60,196 nucleotides of DNA, filler included, from Sphacelaria rigidula (GCA_964200075.2; 7 parts of 7 records of this genome joined end to end with filler, not necessarily neighbours in it), one strand, 5' to 3'. Counted from the first letter of the whole stretch, positions 34,646 through 47,752 are shown. Numbers and translations are program-made. The notes: generated from the letters alone by a model not told the origin.

Positions 34646-36456
34646 ATGCCGAGAAAGAAATCAGCCCACAAAAAATTCACCAGAACAACTACTCAGGGAA
34701 GGGTCACCGCGAGGACCGTCGAGCATCCAACCACGCCCGTCACGCCATCAGCTTCCACCTCGGCGGCGAAAGTGGCAGAGTCCAGAGGCGCAGCACAACC
34801 AGTAGTACCTGCGCCGGCCGACATAACCCTGCCCGCCCAACCTGCGTATAGCCACGAGGGGAAAAGCGACAGCGACAACTCTGACGACTCTGAATGGAGC
34901 ACGGATATCAGTCAGGTGTCCACCGGAAGGTTTGATGCGCTACGAGACTCCACCACACTATCCTCATCCTCTACGCCAACCCCTACGCCACAACCCACCA
35001 TCAAGGAAAAGGCAGCAGAGCTCGCATATAGAGCGTTGGAGAGGAGCGACGAGGAGGGTACGGAGCCAGCTCCGTGGGTGATGCAAGCATTGGGGTTTTC
35101 GGTACCTCAAGACCAAGGAGTTACACAGGCATCGAAATCGAGCAACCCAGTAGCATCGGAAAGAGAATATCCAAGTAACAGTACGATGCTACAAAACAAT
35201 ACGAGTAAACCCCGGGATAGTGTCAATGATCCAGTCGATAATTTCGAGGTCGAATTGCCTGACACTACGCCGATCCAATCCACAGAGAGCTCGGGGGCTT
35301 TGACGTTAGATCTGCCAACAAGCCTTACTAACGTACAAAAGAACAGCCACAACGTAGAGCCTCTGCCTAGTTCAGTGCTGACTCCGCCATCTACAAGCCA
35401 TAGTAGCACTATGAGAACTCAAAATTTTTCGATGAAACAATCGGATCTCCCATCAACGTTAATCCTAGAAGGAAAACGGAGTGAGAATGTGTCGGCAACT
35501 CTCGGTGCGTTTCTCAATCGAGTTAGGATTCATGCCCCTGGTGATTGCACAGAATCCACGGTACAACGGCACGCCAAAAAACTTTCACCACTTCTCCTAA
35601 GGGGGTCAGCAGAAAAGTTATACGCCCCCTCGGAAGCGGAAAAGTAGAGTGGCGTCCACTAGCTGTACTACAAGACCTCAAATCGAGAGGAAAAGATACT
35701 GCACCCATCGCCCCGAAAACTTGGACAGAATGGGTAGCGGCCTACACCCATCGCTTCTCTCCACCAAATCAACGAGCACTGTTAGCCCGTGCGATAGCCG
35801 ATCTGAAACAGGAAGAAAATCAGAACGTAGACGACTATGCACTGGAGTGTACGACTTCGATGGACAGATTCGTGACCGAGGCCTTGCGGGTGAAATTCCC
35901 TGGCCACGACACGCTTCTCTTCATAATAGACGTGATCACAACAGCAGCATTTGAGACCGGGCTCAAACCCCATGTCAGAGTTGAAATGGTGAGAGAAGAT
36001 AGTACGCTCGACTTCCAAACCGCGACAGCGCGAGCGAAAAAGTACAAACAAAACAACCTCCGCACATGGCCAAACCAAACCGGAGACACTCCCCATGTCT
36101 CGGCCGCAACCGTAAATTCCCCACGTCCACAGCTAGCGGAAATGATAGCCGATCACGGCGCAATCCCTACGAACCTTCAGTCGCAGTTATAATAGATTAA
36201 AGGAGAGAGAGGAAGAGCGGAGAAACGGTCTGCTAGCAGGGACAGGAGCGCGAGTAGATCAGGGAGAGAGTTGAAAAAAGTGCGCTTCAAAGACAGTAAC
36301 GATAAGAGTACATCCAACGACAAGCAGGTGAGCGGTAAAACGAAAAACTCCGTCCGTTGTGAGTACGCACCATGCAGGTACAAGAACACACACGAGACAG
36401 CGGATTGCCGCCTTGTGCATAGCCATGTAGAGTTTGCTAAAAAGTACAACCCGTGA
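34646..36456 (+). pseudogene. gag: gag pseudogene (long disordered N-terminus, capsid-like core, atypical zinc knuckle)
   Basis: TWTEWVAAYTHRFSPP..ADLKQEENQNVDDY, FETGLKPHVR, knuckle CEYAPCRYKNTHETADC. Frameshift near 35640 and stop at about 36190. Confidence 0.85.
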
Positions 36457-36614
36457 AGACGCCCAAGAGAGGACCCCTCGTCTGATCAGGGCAGAAACGG
36501 TAAATCCTTACGTAGAAAATCGAGGGAAACAGAAGGACGCGAAATCGTCAACCCTATGGCTCGTAAGATGGGAGAGTTTTATTTTTCGACAGTACAGCAA
36601 ACCCACCATGGAGA

Positions 36615-39600
36615 ATGCGTAAGAGGTCTCGAGTAGAGGTCAACCACGTACGAGATGAGCACGAGCAGGAGCATAGCAGTAGAGGGCAGAATACAAATAG
36701 CAAATGCGTAGAACAGACGCGACGTATATTTTTAGCTCCGCGGGCGGCTTTTGTGAGTAACTCATCGCAGAAGAATAAAAAATCAAAACACCAATCTTCG
36801 TTTTCAAACCCGATCATAAATGATCACTGTTATGACCCATACAACGCATCCTCGCTTGCTAGATATACAGTTGCGCCTCTAGCACTGTCCTACGCATCAG
36901 CGCGTGCGAGAGTCACAGCCAGAGTAAACGGCACCCCCGCTGAAAAAATCACAATTGATTCCGCAGCAGATGTGCCCTGTATCAGCAAAAATTTCATCGA
37001 TGAACACCCGGCCATAATGGCAGCTGATATAAAGCCAGTACCGCCAGGATCGATAGGCCTCAGAAGCGCGGATGGCTCCCCCATGAAAATTCTAGGTTTC
37101 ATATGTTTCGAACTTACTTTAGGGATAAAAACTCTACCAGTAGAAGCGTTCGTATTGCCTAACCTAGGGCCGGATTGCCTGTTACTGGACGATTTCGTGA
37201 TGAGTGCTTTCCAAGCTATACTCGACTGGCAAGCGGAAGAGCTAACATTCCTTGATTCCAGTATAAAAATCAAAGCATCGCATCGAAAACAACAGCGTTC
37301 ACAAAATACAGCACATCCCGAAACGACGCATTGTTCTGTAGTCAGTGTGAACTGTTCAAACGCTATTCCAGTTTTTCTCACGAAGAAATGCGATGTGCCC
37401 CCGCAGAGTGAGATGACAGTACTAGTTGAAACGGAGAATACCTCGTCAAGAACAACAGCAGCCGACGTAGAGCCACGCATAATAACCGAAGAAAACATTC
37501 GATCAACCGATGTACCCCAGGCGTTCACGTGCATTATCGTTGCAAGGACGGTGTGCACATGGTCGGCAACAAATAAGACGGCAATGGTACAAATCGCCAA
37601 CCCGTCGAACCGACATGTGAACCTGAAACCTAATACGATTTTAGGCTATATCACCCCAGCACGAGAAACAAAACCAGCCACAGTCAGAGCAATGGCGGTA
37701 AATAAGGTGTCAGAGAGAGAATATGCGAAAGAGGAATTACGTCCAGCTTTACGCGAAGCTTTCGAAAATACGACCTTTTCCCCGCAACAATGGTCTCGAA
37801 CACTGGATCTTCGCGCAAAATACCGTTCTGTGTTTTCACTTACTCCGCAGGAGTGGGGCTGTTGTACGTTAGATGAAGCACGTTTTCCGCTTAAACCTGG
37901 GACTCAGCCGGTAGACCGAGCACCATATAGAGCGAATCCCAGAGTGCAAGACGCAATCGACAAATGCGTCGACCAGATGGAAAAAGATGGTATAGTTGTC
38001 GTCGCCTCCTCTGCTCTCCATTTCTTCCCCATCTCGACCAAGCCCGTGGGGATCAGTAGTGACAATAGTCGCAAAAGCAGACGGAACAGCACGATTTTGC
38101 TTAGATTATCGAGCAACGATAAATAAAAACTTGATTCGCAAATCATGGCCCATGCCAGCTATCGAAAGTCACATAGACACAGTAGCGGGGGCGAAATTCA
38201 TAACAGTTTGCGATGTACAAAGTGTGTTCCACCAGATACCAGTGGCGGAAAGCGAAAAAGAGAAAACAGCGTTTGTATCTCAAAGAGGGAAATAGGTGTT
38301 CAACCGTTTACCATTTGGTTTAGCGTGTTCACCCTTCATCTTTTCACGCATAATGGCACTAGCATTTGCACACTTTGAACCCAAGAGTGGCTTACTAGTG
38401 TATATGGATGACATCATTTGTTCTTCATGGAGCTGGGAGAGTCATCTCACCCTACTAAAAATCACGTTCGAAGCACTGGGAACAGCAGGCCTTGCACTAA
38501 AGCCGACAAAAATCCAATTTGGTCCAGAGCAGGTCAAATACTTGGGACATGTACTGTCCGCAGGTGGTATCAGAGTGAGTGATGAAAGAATATAAGCTAT
38601 CCTCGACTTGCCGAAACCCACCAATATCAAAGGGTTGCGATCAGTACTCGGTAAAATAAATTTCGCACGGAAATTCATACCAGACTCGGCTACAACCATA
38701 GCACCACTGGTAGATCTCACCAAAAAAAGGGCGGCAAAACAAGTGTCGAAACTCTGGAATACTGAACATGATGAAGCCTCCGAAAAAATTAAAAATTGAT
38801 GACTGAGGCACCCGTCCTTCATTCGCCAGATTTCACGAAATACTTCATCATAAACGTAGATGCTTCAGACCGTGGGGCCGGGGCCTACGTTTCCCAAGAG
38901 AAAGGCGGAGACGAGGCAATCGTAGCATACTGCAGTCAACGTTTCAACGACGCCCAAGCTCGCTATTCGCCCACCATGAAAGAATGTTAAGCGGTCGTAC
39001 TAGCGATCCAACAGTTCAGGACCTTTTTGTGGGGACGTCACTTTACGTGTGCATCAGACCATGCCGCTCTTCGATATTTGTATGCGATGCAGGATACAAG
39101 TAATATGTTGACCAGGTGGGCGATCGCATTGCAATCGTATGATTTCACGGTCAAACATAAACCGGGGAAACTTCATGTTATACCGGACACCCTTTCACGG
39201 CTGTTCGCGTTTGAAAAGCGACAGGAAGCAGAAATCAAGCCGTTGCTTGCGCAGATATGCCGTAACGTCCCAGAAAACCCTGAGTTACAAATAGCTAAGC
39301 CACAACATCAGTTCCAGGTTTTAGCTGAAAAGCTCGAAAAATTGAAACCGGTGCAAAGTAATCGAGAGTTGTTTACCGTGAAATCAGTACACGTAAGGGC
39401 AGCGAACGTCTTCACGTCAATCGACCGCAAAAAATTGCGAGAAGAGCAAGCACTAGAGTACGGTCCCTACATCCAATATGTCACGGAAAAAGATGCTCCG
39501 ATACCAGAACTTGAATCGCTCACATCGATGTCACATTATTCAGTACATGACGGGATTTTATTCAAATCTTACTTGCCGGGACACTTGAACAAAAAAGCAC

Positions 39601-41048
39601 AGTTTGTGACCAACTTGTGCTATCTAAGACCCTAATAGGCTTGGTACAACATGCGTACCACGACCATGCACCATCCGGGGGCCACTTAGGATTCAAGCGA
39701 ACATACGACAACATCCGATCGAAGTATTATTGGCCATCAATGAACCGCGATATAAAGGATTAGTGCTTAAAATGCCAAAGTTGCCAACGCCGAAAGACGA
39801 CCCGCCGACAAAAATTGCCAATGGGACACGTTCCGGTAGAAAGGCCATATGAACGAGTGTCAGTTGACCTGGTTCAATACAAAACGGCTTCAATGTCCAA
39901 CCGGAGTACTATGTAAATTTGTACTGTCAGTAATGGACCAACTCATAAGGGATGCTTTTCTCATTCCGGTCCCGAATAAACAAGCCACGGCGATAGCCAA
40001 AGCCCGTATCGACAGAGTTTTTACAACATTTGACATCCCAATGAAGCTTCACGGCGACCAAGGAACCGAGTTCGAGAACAAATTAATTTACGCACTGCAA
40101 CAGGAGTTAGGTTTCGATAAAACACGTACGACACCATTACGTCCGCAAGGCAACTCAGTGTCGGAACGCGTCCACTCCACTATGCACGCGATGTTAGCGA
40201 TGCACATGTCAGTCGGAAACAAAAACTGGGCATCCATGCTTCCATTCGTCCAAATGGCGTACAACACCTCCTATCATAACACAGTACAAGAGACACCGTA
40301 TTTTCTGCTGTTCGGAAGGCAGCCCAGGTTGCCAGTTGACATGATTCTCGGCATACCAGAAGAGAGCCAAGCGGCGACACCCGAAGATTTTTCCAAAGAA
40401 ACACGGCAAAACCTACAGTTTGGATTTGAAATCCCGAGACAAGCCCTACGAGAAAGGGCGAACGAGCAAGAAAACAAACTCAAACTCAAATCTTCCCCAG
40501 TGTTCAAGCCGGGGCAAAAAGTACTTTTGTATCGACCGTATCAAGACTCAGAAGGGCCGAATCCCAAACTCCAGTTACCATGGAGAGGTCCATTCACGAT
40601 AACCGAGAGACGATCGCCGGTTCTAAACAGAATCAAAATAGGCGACGGCTCTAAGGAAACGTCAGTACATCTCGCTCATGTCAAGAAATATCACCCGCGA
40701 GAAACCGCACCAGCACCAGACTTTGACAAGTCGAGCGAGTTGTTCTTAGGTAGACAGATACCTCTACCAGAGATAGATCAACCAGACGGAACATTGCCCA
40801 CAATAGAACGCTACACCGTCGAAAAAGTGGTAGGTCACGCGCCAGGCCCAGGTCGGAGGAGTAGCCACAACTATAAATGTCGGTTGAGACTCAAGGGTTA
40901 CGGCCCAGCGGCTGAACTGACCTACCGTGCGGATGAAATACCGCAATGTAAACATCTAATTGATAGATACCGTCATGACAATGGGTTAGCCGAATGCTCA
41001 CATCCGGACTCGAAATCCAAGACTACAGGGAAACGGAAATGGATGTGA
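36615..41048 (+). pseudogene. pol: pol pseudogene: protease, dUTPase-fold-like insert, RT, RNase H, integrase, chromodomain-like C-terminus
   Basis: ITIDSAADV; APYRANP; SPWGS..ARFCLDYR; RLPFGL; YMDD at 38401; NVDASDRG; SDHAAL; HGDQGTEFEN; SERVH; WRGPF. Multiple in-frame stops and frameshifts. Confidence 0.93.
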
Positions 41049-41776
41049 CCGTTCAACAGACTGTGCGAGCGTCCTAGCAACACGCTCAAGGGTTGAGCAG
41101 TAGCCTGGGGTCGAAATTCGGAGATAAATGAGAGTAAAAAACAACGTTAGAACAACACGGACATGGGCAGAACGAGATTTGACATGCCAGCGGTGACGGA
41201 GGTGAAACTTCCCAAAGAAGATCACCTCTCAGCGAAGGGGGTAGTTGCTGACAGGAAGCAAGGGTCATTTTGGCGATGTTTAGACAGAAAGCACAATGCT
41301 CACAGACCGAAAACATCGTATCCACCGCTTTGTTACTAACGCAAGGACGTAGTCCCACGCAGGTGTCAGAGGAACCGAAGGCGTCCCAGTACCCGGGCGT
41401 GAATAACCCAGGCGCCCGTGGATTGATCAGTGCCCCAGTGCCCAGTCAGGTAGACCAGCAGATGCAAATAGCACCAAAGTGCAAATACATCTGATGGAAA
41501 CATGTCACATATGACAACTACATGACAGAAAACCAAAAAAGAAGGGTTTACAACACATGCACATTTACAGACCACAGGTGGCTAAAATTTACTGGGGGTG
41601 TTTGCTCAATACCACAGTATAGAGAAGGGCTACTTTTGCGAGTAGTGGTGGCGTGACTCAATCAATGACAGTCACTCAAGGATATTCCCACGATTATATC
41701 ATCAGCGAATCTGATGATCGCCTCGTCCCACCAGCCATAGCCTCGATGGGCTTGAGGCGCAGAAAGGCGGGGGATA

Positions 41777-42136
41777 TGTAGGGAATACCTCTTTGCAGTG
41801 GCATATCAGAGACTGAGCCCACACGTGTATAAAGAGCCAGAGCAAGCAGGTACAAGTGGGAACGGTCCGAGTGGACCAGATTTCCGAGGACCCTGTAATG
41901 CCAACGAAACTAGACAACTCGGGGTGATGCCAGGAAGAGCCTAATATTCAGGACAGTCCAACATCCCCCGAGGGACTGGTCACCTCCAGCGACCACTCTC
42001 TGTCTGATCCAACTTCTTGCCTACATCTCACAAGAGGAAATCATCGTCAGCTTCGGAGTTCCTTCGGCATCAGGACGACATATCTCGGGACAGCCTCCTC
42101 CCTAGTCTGTCCCTCCTTCGATACGTCTTCCTTACA
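41777..42136 (+). repeat. 3' LTR of element 2 (360 bp)
   Basis: TGTAGGGAA...TTCCTTACA termini directly after the PPT. Confidence 0.92.
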
Positions 42137-42148
42137 ATAGATGATGTT

Positions 42149-42350
42149 AGAGAGTTTCGAAAAACGCTTTTTTGTCATTTCAGAGTGCAAATATCTCAGG
42201 ATCAGAGTGCAGAGTAAAGAAAACGTCTCATCGAAAAAACGTAAAGGGTAAACCACATTTGACTGAGGGGAGAACAACTTTTCGTTACACTCTGATCCTG
42301 AGATATTCGCACCCTAAAATGATAAAAAAAAGTGTTTTCTGAAACTCTCT
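42149..42350. mobile_element. Foldback/MITE-like element with ~60-bp imperfect inverted arms
   Basis: agagagtttc...aatatctcaggatcagagtg pairs with cactctgatcctgagatatt...gaaactctct. Confidence 0.7.
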
Positions 42351-42374
42351 CTGTTTCTTTATTTGAGTGTGGAG

Positions 42375-42585
42375 AAACATTAATCGGGTCTCTAGTGGGG
42401 CTTGACAGTCTCGTGTGTCCAAGCGTGCGCAGAGCGCGTTTTCGTCGAAATCGGCGCCACAGGTGCCGATTTGAGGTCTATACCAACGCCACACTTTGCC
42501 CAGAGAAACCCTGTGCACCTCCCTTGCCCGAAGTTCTCGATATCGCTTGGGTTGGGGTCAGGTTTAGGGTCAGGGTCAGCGATAA
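42375..42585 (+). repeat. TTAGGG-associated interspersed repeat copy
   Basis: cgcgttttcgtcgaaatcggcgcc..ccgatttgaggtcta..gttctcg..ttgggttggggtcaggtttagggtcagggtcag. Confidence 0.7.
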
Positions 42586-42970
42586 TTTTAAAATATGTCA
42601 ACCACGTGCCCTAAAATGTAGCCCAACTCCGGTTAACCCACCTCCCCTTGATTGCATGGATCGATTTTCCTGAATCCTGCGACGTATGAGTTGGTCACTT
42701 CGCCTCAGAAGGCATAGTGAACCCATCCGGGAGGATCGGCAGCGCCGCTCACGCGTAAGCAAGGCCCAGATTCGGCCAAGATAGGAAAAGATGACCCCAC
42801 GAGAAGGGTGGACGGAAGAGGAAGATGGACTTCATGGAAGATATAAGTATGAAACATCTTCAATCATATCAAAGAAAAATAACCCCCCAGAGAGTAAAAA
42901 ATTGACTTGGATGAGGGGGGGGGGGGGGGGTTTCCTATTTTTTTTTTTTCTTTATCTTTTTAAGCTTTTT

Positions 42971-43070
42971 NNNNNNNNNNNNNNNNNNNNNNNNNNNNNN
43001 NNNNNNNNNNNNNNTTAATTAATTAANNNNNNNNNNNNNNNNNNNNNNNNNNNNNNNNNNNNNNNNNNNN
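42971..43070. other. Artificial contig spacer
   Basis: N44-TTAATTAATTAA-N44. Confidence 0.97.
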
Positions 43071-43300
43071 CGCCTTTCCAATACCGTCCCTGCTATTCCT
43101 TACCAGACACATTACCAAAATAAATAAATAAGAAGAGCGACGCCACGAAAACTGGAGAGAATAGCTCCCCCGAGTCCAACGGAGAGAGAAAAGAAAGAAA
43201 GACAAAACAAACAAACAAACAAACAAACAACAAACGCCAGATCTGTCAGAAGTGTACACCGAAAGAAAGGAAGAGAGACGATAATAAAGGACAAGAACCA
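43071..43300 (-). mobile_element. RTE LINE 3' UTR fragment
   Basis: tgtctggtaaggaatagcagggacggtattggaaaggc matches the conserved 3' end at 18730-18815 and 51425-51510. Confidence 0.6.
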
Positions 43301-43799
43301 GGAAAAGATATCACTTGGTAATGAGCTCTTCATAACCCTACATCATTAATGAAAGCACCCGAAATTGGTATGCTGACGGCTAAATTCTGGACTTTAAGTT
43401 TACTCGACTCCGTTGGACTGCTTGAGTTTCGTGCTGACATCAAACCACTTGAGCCTGTCGGGTGCTCCCTGCAGGCTGTTATCCCATAGACTAAGAGGGA
43501 ACGCCGCACGGCGCCAGGACCGGAACTCAACGCAGGGAACATTTTAAACGAACGACCGAGCGAGACATGAAACATATGCGCATTCTACGGAATGTGTGCG
43601 TGAGATGCCTCGAACAAGTCAGGTTAAAACAAGTTCCGCATACGTGGACAAATCTTGTGCTGGTATGGAACAACTGCCACTAATGTCGGTGAGTATTCTG
43701 CCAGTTTCGAACAACATAGTCAACGGTACGCAAGTGTTAAGCAAGTTTTGAACAGCTTTTTTTCTCCTGCATGCATCGACGCAACGCCCATCCATCGTT

Positions 43800-45075
43800 G
43801 AAAATCCGACTGCATAAAGCGGAGTTGGTGGAAGCTCTCTTGTACGGATGGGCTGCGTGGATGCTGCGTTCCGAGAATTCGACAGTTTGCGTATCGCCCA
43901 CCACACGCTTCTGTTGCGAGTGGTTGAATTCCGCACGAAAGACCGAATGAGCTACAGGACTGTTTCATACAGAGCTGTGCTCGAGTTGACAAACGGCGAA
44001 CGTGCCGAAACGACCATCCGCAAGCGTCAACTGTGGTTCGCGGGGGCCCTTGCCAGGCAGGACGAAACGCGTATTCCAAAACGCGTCACGCATGGACCGT
44101 TAGCCGCATGAGGAGTGCCCAAGGAGACTGGCCGCCCCACCCCCTCCCCCACACACTGTGGAGGCAACCTCCAAGAGATCCTACGAGTACTTCGGGCCCT
44201 CCCCCGCAAACGAGTAGGGCATGAATGGTATGTTCACGATGAAGGTTAACGACGCTACCGACTGGGTCACTGTGACGAAAAGCATGGGCTAATTCCATCT
44301 TGGAGTCGAGGAAGGGGTGCAAGAGTTCGAGGACACATGGAGACGCGAAAACAAACGCGAATCGGACCCTCGTCACGAACGAGAGGCTGCTGCGTCGAGA
44401 TCAGCGAAACGGCGAGCTGCCACCGCTAACATGACAGTGGCAGCAGCTCGCGAGGAATCCAGGATGAAGATGACCGTGAAAATGGCCCGCTTTGTACCCG
44501 ACTTACGATGAATGAAGGAAGATGGGCTAACACGGAAACTGATATACGCCTGACTTTTTCTCTCGGTTTTTGATTCGTCCTTCATTTTGTCCCTGGTCGG
44601 TGGTCTTGCGATGGTTTCTGGTCTGTGACGTTTTGGGTTTGTACCTTCTGCACCGTGTCCTTGGGCCTCATCACTTCTGTAGTCTCCTTCTCGTTTTCTC
44701 TCCTCGTCTTTCTCGGTGTATGCAAGTCTCACTTTGGTGCTTTGCTTCTGCACGACTCTTGGGTTACCAAAGTAGATGAGCCCCTCCCGGCTGTTTTCAT
44801 GTGCTATTTGGGTACGAATGCGTATGCTGTTGCATAAGACCTTTCCCACTTGAAGTCGTGTTGCAGAGGCCGGTCATCTCTTGCTTTTTCTGTCTTCGTT
44901 TGTTTGTTTTTTGTTTCTCCTTTCAGTCTACTTTTTTTGTTTGTTCTACCTCTCGGTTTTCTTCATTTTCTTTCGTTGAATGTTTCGGTTTTGTCTTATC
45001 TCGGGCACGTCCACCAGGTGACCACCGCTGGATCCCCGGAGAATGAGATGATGTCCCGTAATCACGTGAAATAAG
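43800..45075 (+). mobile_element. RTE LINE 3' fragment (C-terminal ORF remnant plus T-rich 3' UTR)
   Basis: LRIAHHTLLLRV..SYRAVL..ETTIRKRQLWFAGALARQDETRIPKRV, typical of the RTE region after RT. Confidence 0.8.
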
Positions 45076-47586
45076 AAGATGAGCGCAGGTGTGTCCTGCC
45101 CAGCAAGGTTTCCCAAGCTTGGCAGATACCCACCACTCAAGATAAACTTCCCAAATTTTAGTGGATATCTGCCGATGTAGAAAAGCTTCCCCAAAGGTTG
45201 CCAGGCACCTATCTGTCACTTCAGGACGACCGTCGAACGATGTCAGGTAGTTGCAACTCAAAACGATTTTCCCCGTTGTTGGGTGTTCAAAATATGTGAG
45301 AACAGCAAGAAATTTTGGCCATGACTTTCACTATCTAAATTCTTCACCGCGGTACAATAGCTTGCGAGATGTTGAGTGCTATGGTACACAGCGGTGCTGT
45401 TGCCATACAGGTTAGCTCAGGGTAAAAGCCCAATATTTGTTCCCTGCTATATACAGAGCGCAAACCTGACCCCATGTGAACATATTTGGTCTCACAGTGA
45501 ACCCCACGAGCAAGCGGACAGTGTGACATGACCAGATTATTTCTTGCGTTCTTTGCCGAGGCACTGGTAGTAAAAATGTTTCTCAGCCGATCGGAGGCCT
45601 TCAAATCGTTCTGGAACTAGAGTTGCGAATTCTCGACGCAATTTGTACCCGATCTCATTACGAATGAAACCTTCGTAACCGCCATCAGCTAGGGAATCCA
45701 ACGCAAAAGCCTGTTTGGATTTTTTTTTGTGTGGGATCCAGTTATACTCCAAAACGAGGTGATTCGGTGATGTGGGACTTTGGCGTCGTCGGATTTTCAC
45801 TGCAAATATGCATCGAAGAGCAAGAAAGCCTCTTGAGGTCCCCCCCCCCTGTAATTTTAGCAGAAAAGCTCTGATCATACTCACACTTGGCAATTTGGTA
45901 GATATGGGTGCCACAAATGAAAAACCATTTCATTGAAAAAATCAAAGTTTATTCTCTTTCTACCGGCTTCCGGGGGTTCCATCGTGAAGATCCCCCCAAA
46001 GCGGGTACAGACTGCTTCAACATTAAAACTTCAAATTTGACTCGTCCTGAGGTAGTCCAAAGAATGATTTTACAAAGCTTCGTTGCGTAACTCGGAAAAT
46101 TGTTTCCGAACGGTCGATGTGAGCTTAAGTCCACAAGGAAAACGTCGGTAGCATACTTGAATAAAAAAATAACGGGGTTTCAGCGTATTTCTGTATACCC
46201 CAACGTACATACGGGCGAACTCACGCCGTTTTTCCGAGTTAGGTCCTGAAATTTCGCACAAGAGTGCTCTGAGCTAGACACCGCCTCCCGGAATACCAGA
46301 TTTCTCGTGAAAACCCCCAAAGCCGGAAGACCTCATTCATACGGCCCTTTTGCAATGTTTCAGAGCACCCGTGTGCAAAATTTCAGGGTAAAACTCGAAC
46401 AAACGACGTGAGATTTTGCTGGGGAGTAAATTCCGGTCGTTCCACCTGAACTTGCCGGTACCGTAGTGACATATTTTCCTAATTCTGATATGAGCGTGGG
46501 AATGTGGGATGTTGTGCAATTTTTCGCTGTTCGCTTCGACGGTGTGGTTGACAGGTGGGGAGGGAGGTGATAGTCATCTGCTGTCGTTCTTTCTGTCTCG
46601 ATCGCGCTGTATCAAAGGCAAACGTTTTGTACACGGTCGCTTGTATTTGGGTAATAGCGGTGTCAAGCAGTATGAATGGGCATTATTTGTAGGAAGCAAG
46701 CGCGTTTGAACAACCGCTGCTGCTATTAACGACGATTTCAAGTAGAATTTCGTGGAAGAAAACGGCGCAAAATACCCCCCCTCTGTCGTAGCATGACTCG
46801 TAATTCCTGTGCCCTCTGACACCCTATCTCCATTGAGATGGAGGCTTGAGTTTCTGCAGATCAGACGTCACGCATCATCATTTTGTGGACATGCACACAC
46901 AACGTTCGCCAATACTGTTTTCGATATGTGAATACGACTACTATAAGTACAGATACTTTGGGTCACTTACACATACACGCGGCCGTGAACTAGAAGATCG
47001 TAATACACGGCGGCAAATGCACGCATATTTGAATTCGGTAGATACCTAGACTTCACGTGCGTGTTATCACGCCAGGTTCGGCACCTGAATAAAGAAAAAC
47101 GACATGGCTGGCTGCGAGCATTCTCATGAACACACACCACCTCTGTCTTTCCTCCATCGGTCAAACAGAACACAATCGGAGCAAATGAGGAATTGAAAAG
47201 GTTGCTAGGTTTCCACTGTATTATCAAAACCCCGCGCACTATGTTTTTATCACGTTTCTCGTTCTCTCCACCGGCGCCACTCAACATCCTATTCCGCCAA
47301 TACCCTACGAAGCGATTCTGCTAGGTCGGATTGGCCATCTAGCGTCAGCCTTGGCATAGAAATCTCGGTCGACATGTCGTCAGGGCATTCTCAACGGATA
47401 ACCGCAGAAGGTTTGGGGTGTATGCACTAGCAGCAGACATGTTCCCGACATCACAACGAAATACTCACATCGACATCTGAAAAAGTCTAGTGAACGATGA
47501 CAAACAAGAGTTCGACCTAAGCACACTAATCCTGTACGAGAAAGCTGTTGATGTACATTTTGGTATACATTTTACTGGAATCGAAC

Positions 47587-47752
47587 CTGCTTTAGCTTGG
47601 AGCTCCTCGCACGCTTTGATGAAGGCCCGAGTGTCGAGGAACGTCTTGAGTAGGTTTTCGTCCAGCATTTTTCGAATCTCCGTTTCGGAAGGATCAAAGA
47701 TCCCCCTTCTTTCCTCTGCGGTCGCAGCTAAGAACCGCGTTTCACCGTCAAT
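47587..47752 (-). CDS. RGS (regulator of G-protein signalling) domain, C-terminal exon
   Basis: tttcccatcccag|IDGETRFLAATAEERRGIFDPSETEIRKMLDENLLKTFLDTRAFIKACEEL matches the F..a..ei..lm..d....Fl.s..y RGS pattern. Possible donor GCAG|gttcga; otherwise the frame reads to the stop at 47465. Confidence 0.8.

Larger units (their letters stand above)
34458..42136 (+). mobile_element. Ty3/Gypsy LTR retrotransposon 2, near full length, coding region disrupted
   Basis: Partial 5' LTR, PBS, gag, PR-RT-RH-IN-chromo-like, PPT agaaaggcgggggata, 360-bp 3' LTR. Confidence 0.95.

Noticed and set aside
45250-46330. Fragmented minus-strand ORFs
   Set aside because: No recognisable family; probably the interior of a decayed transposon
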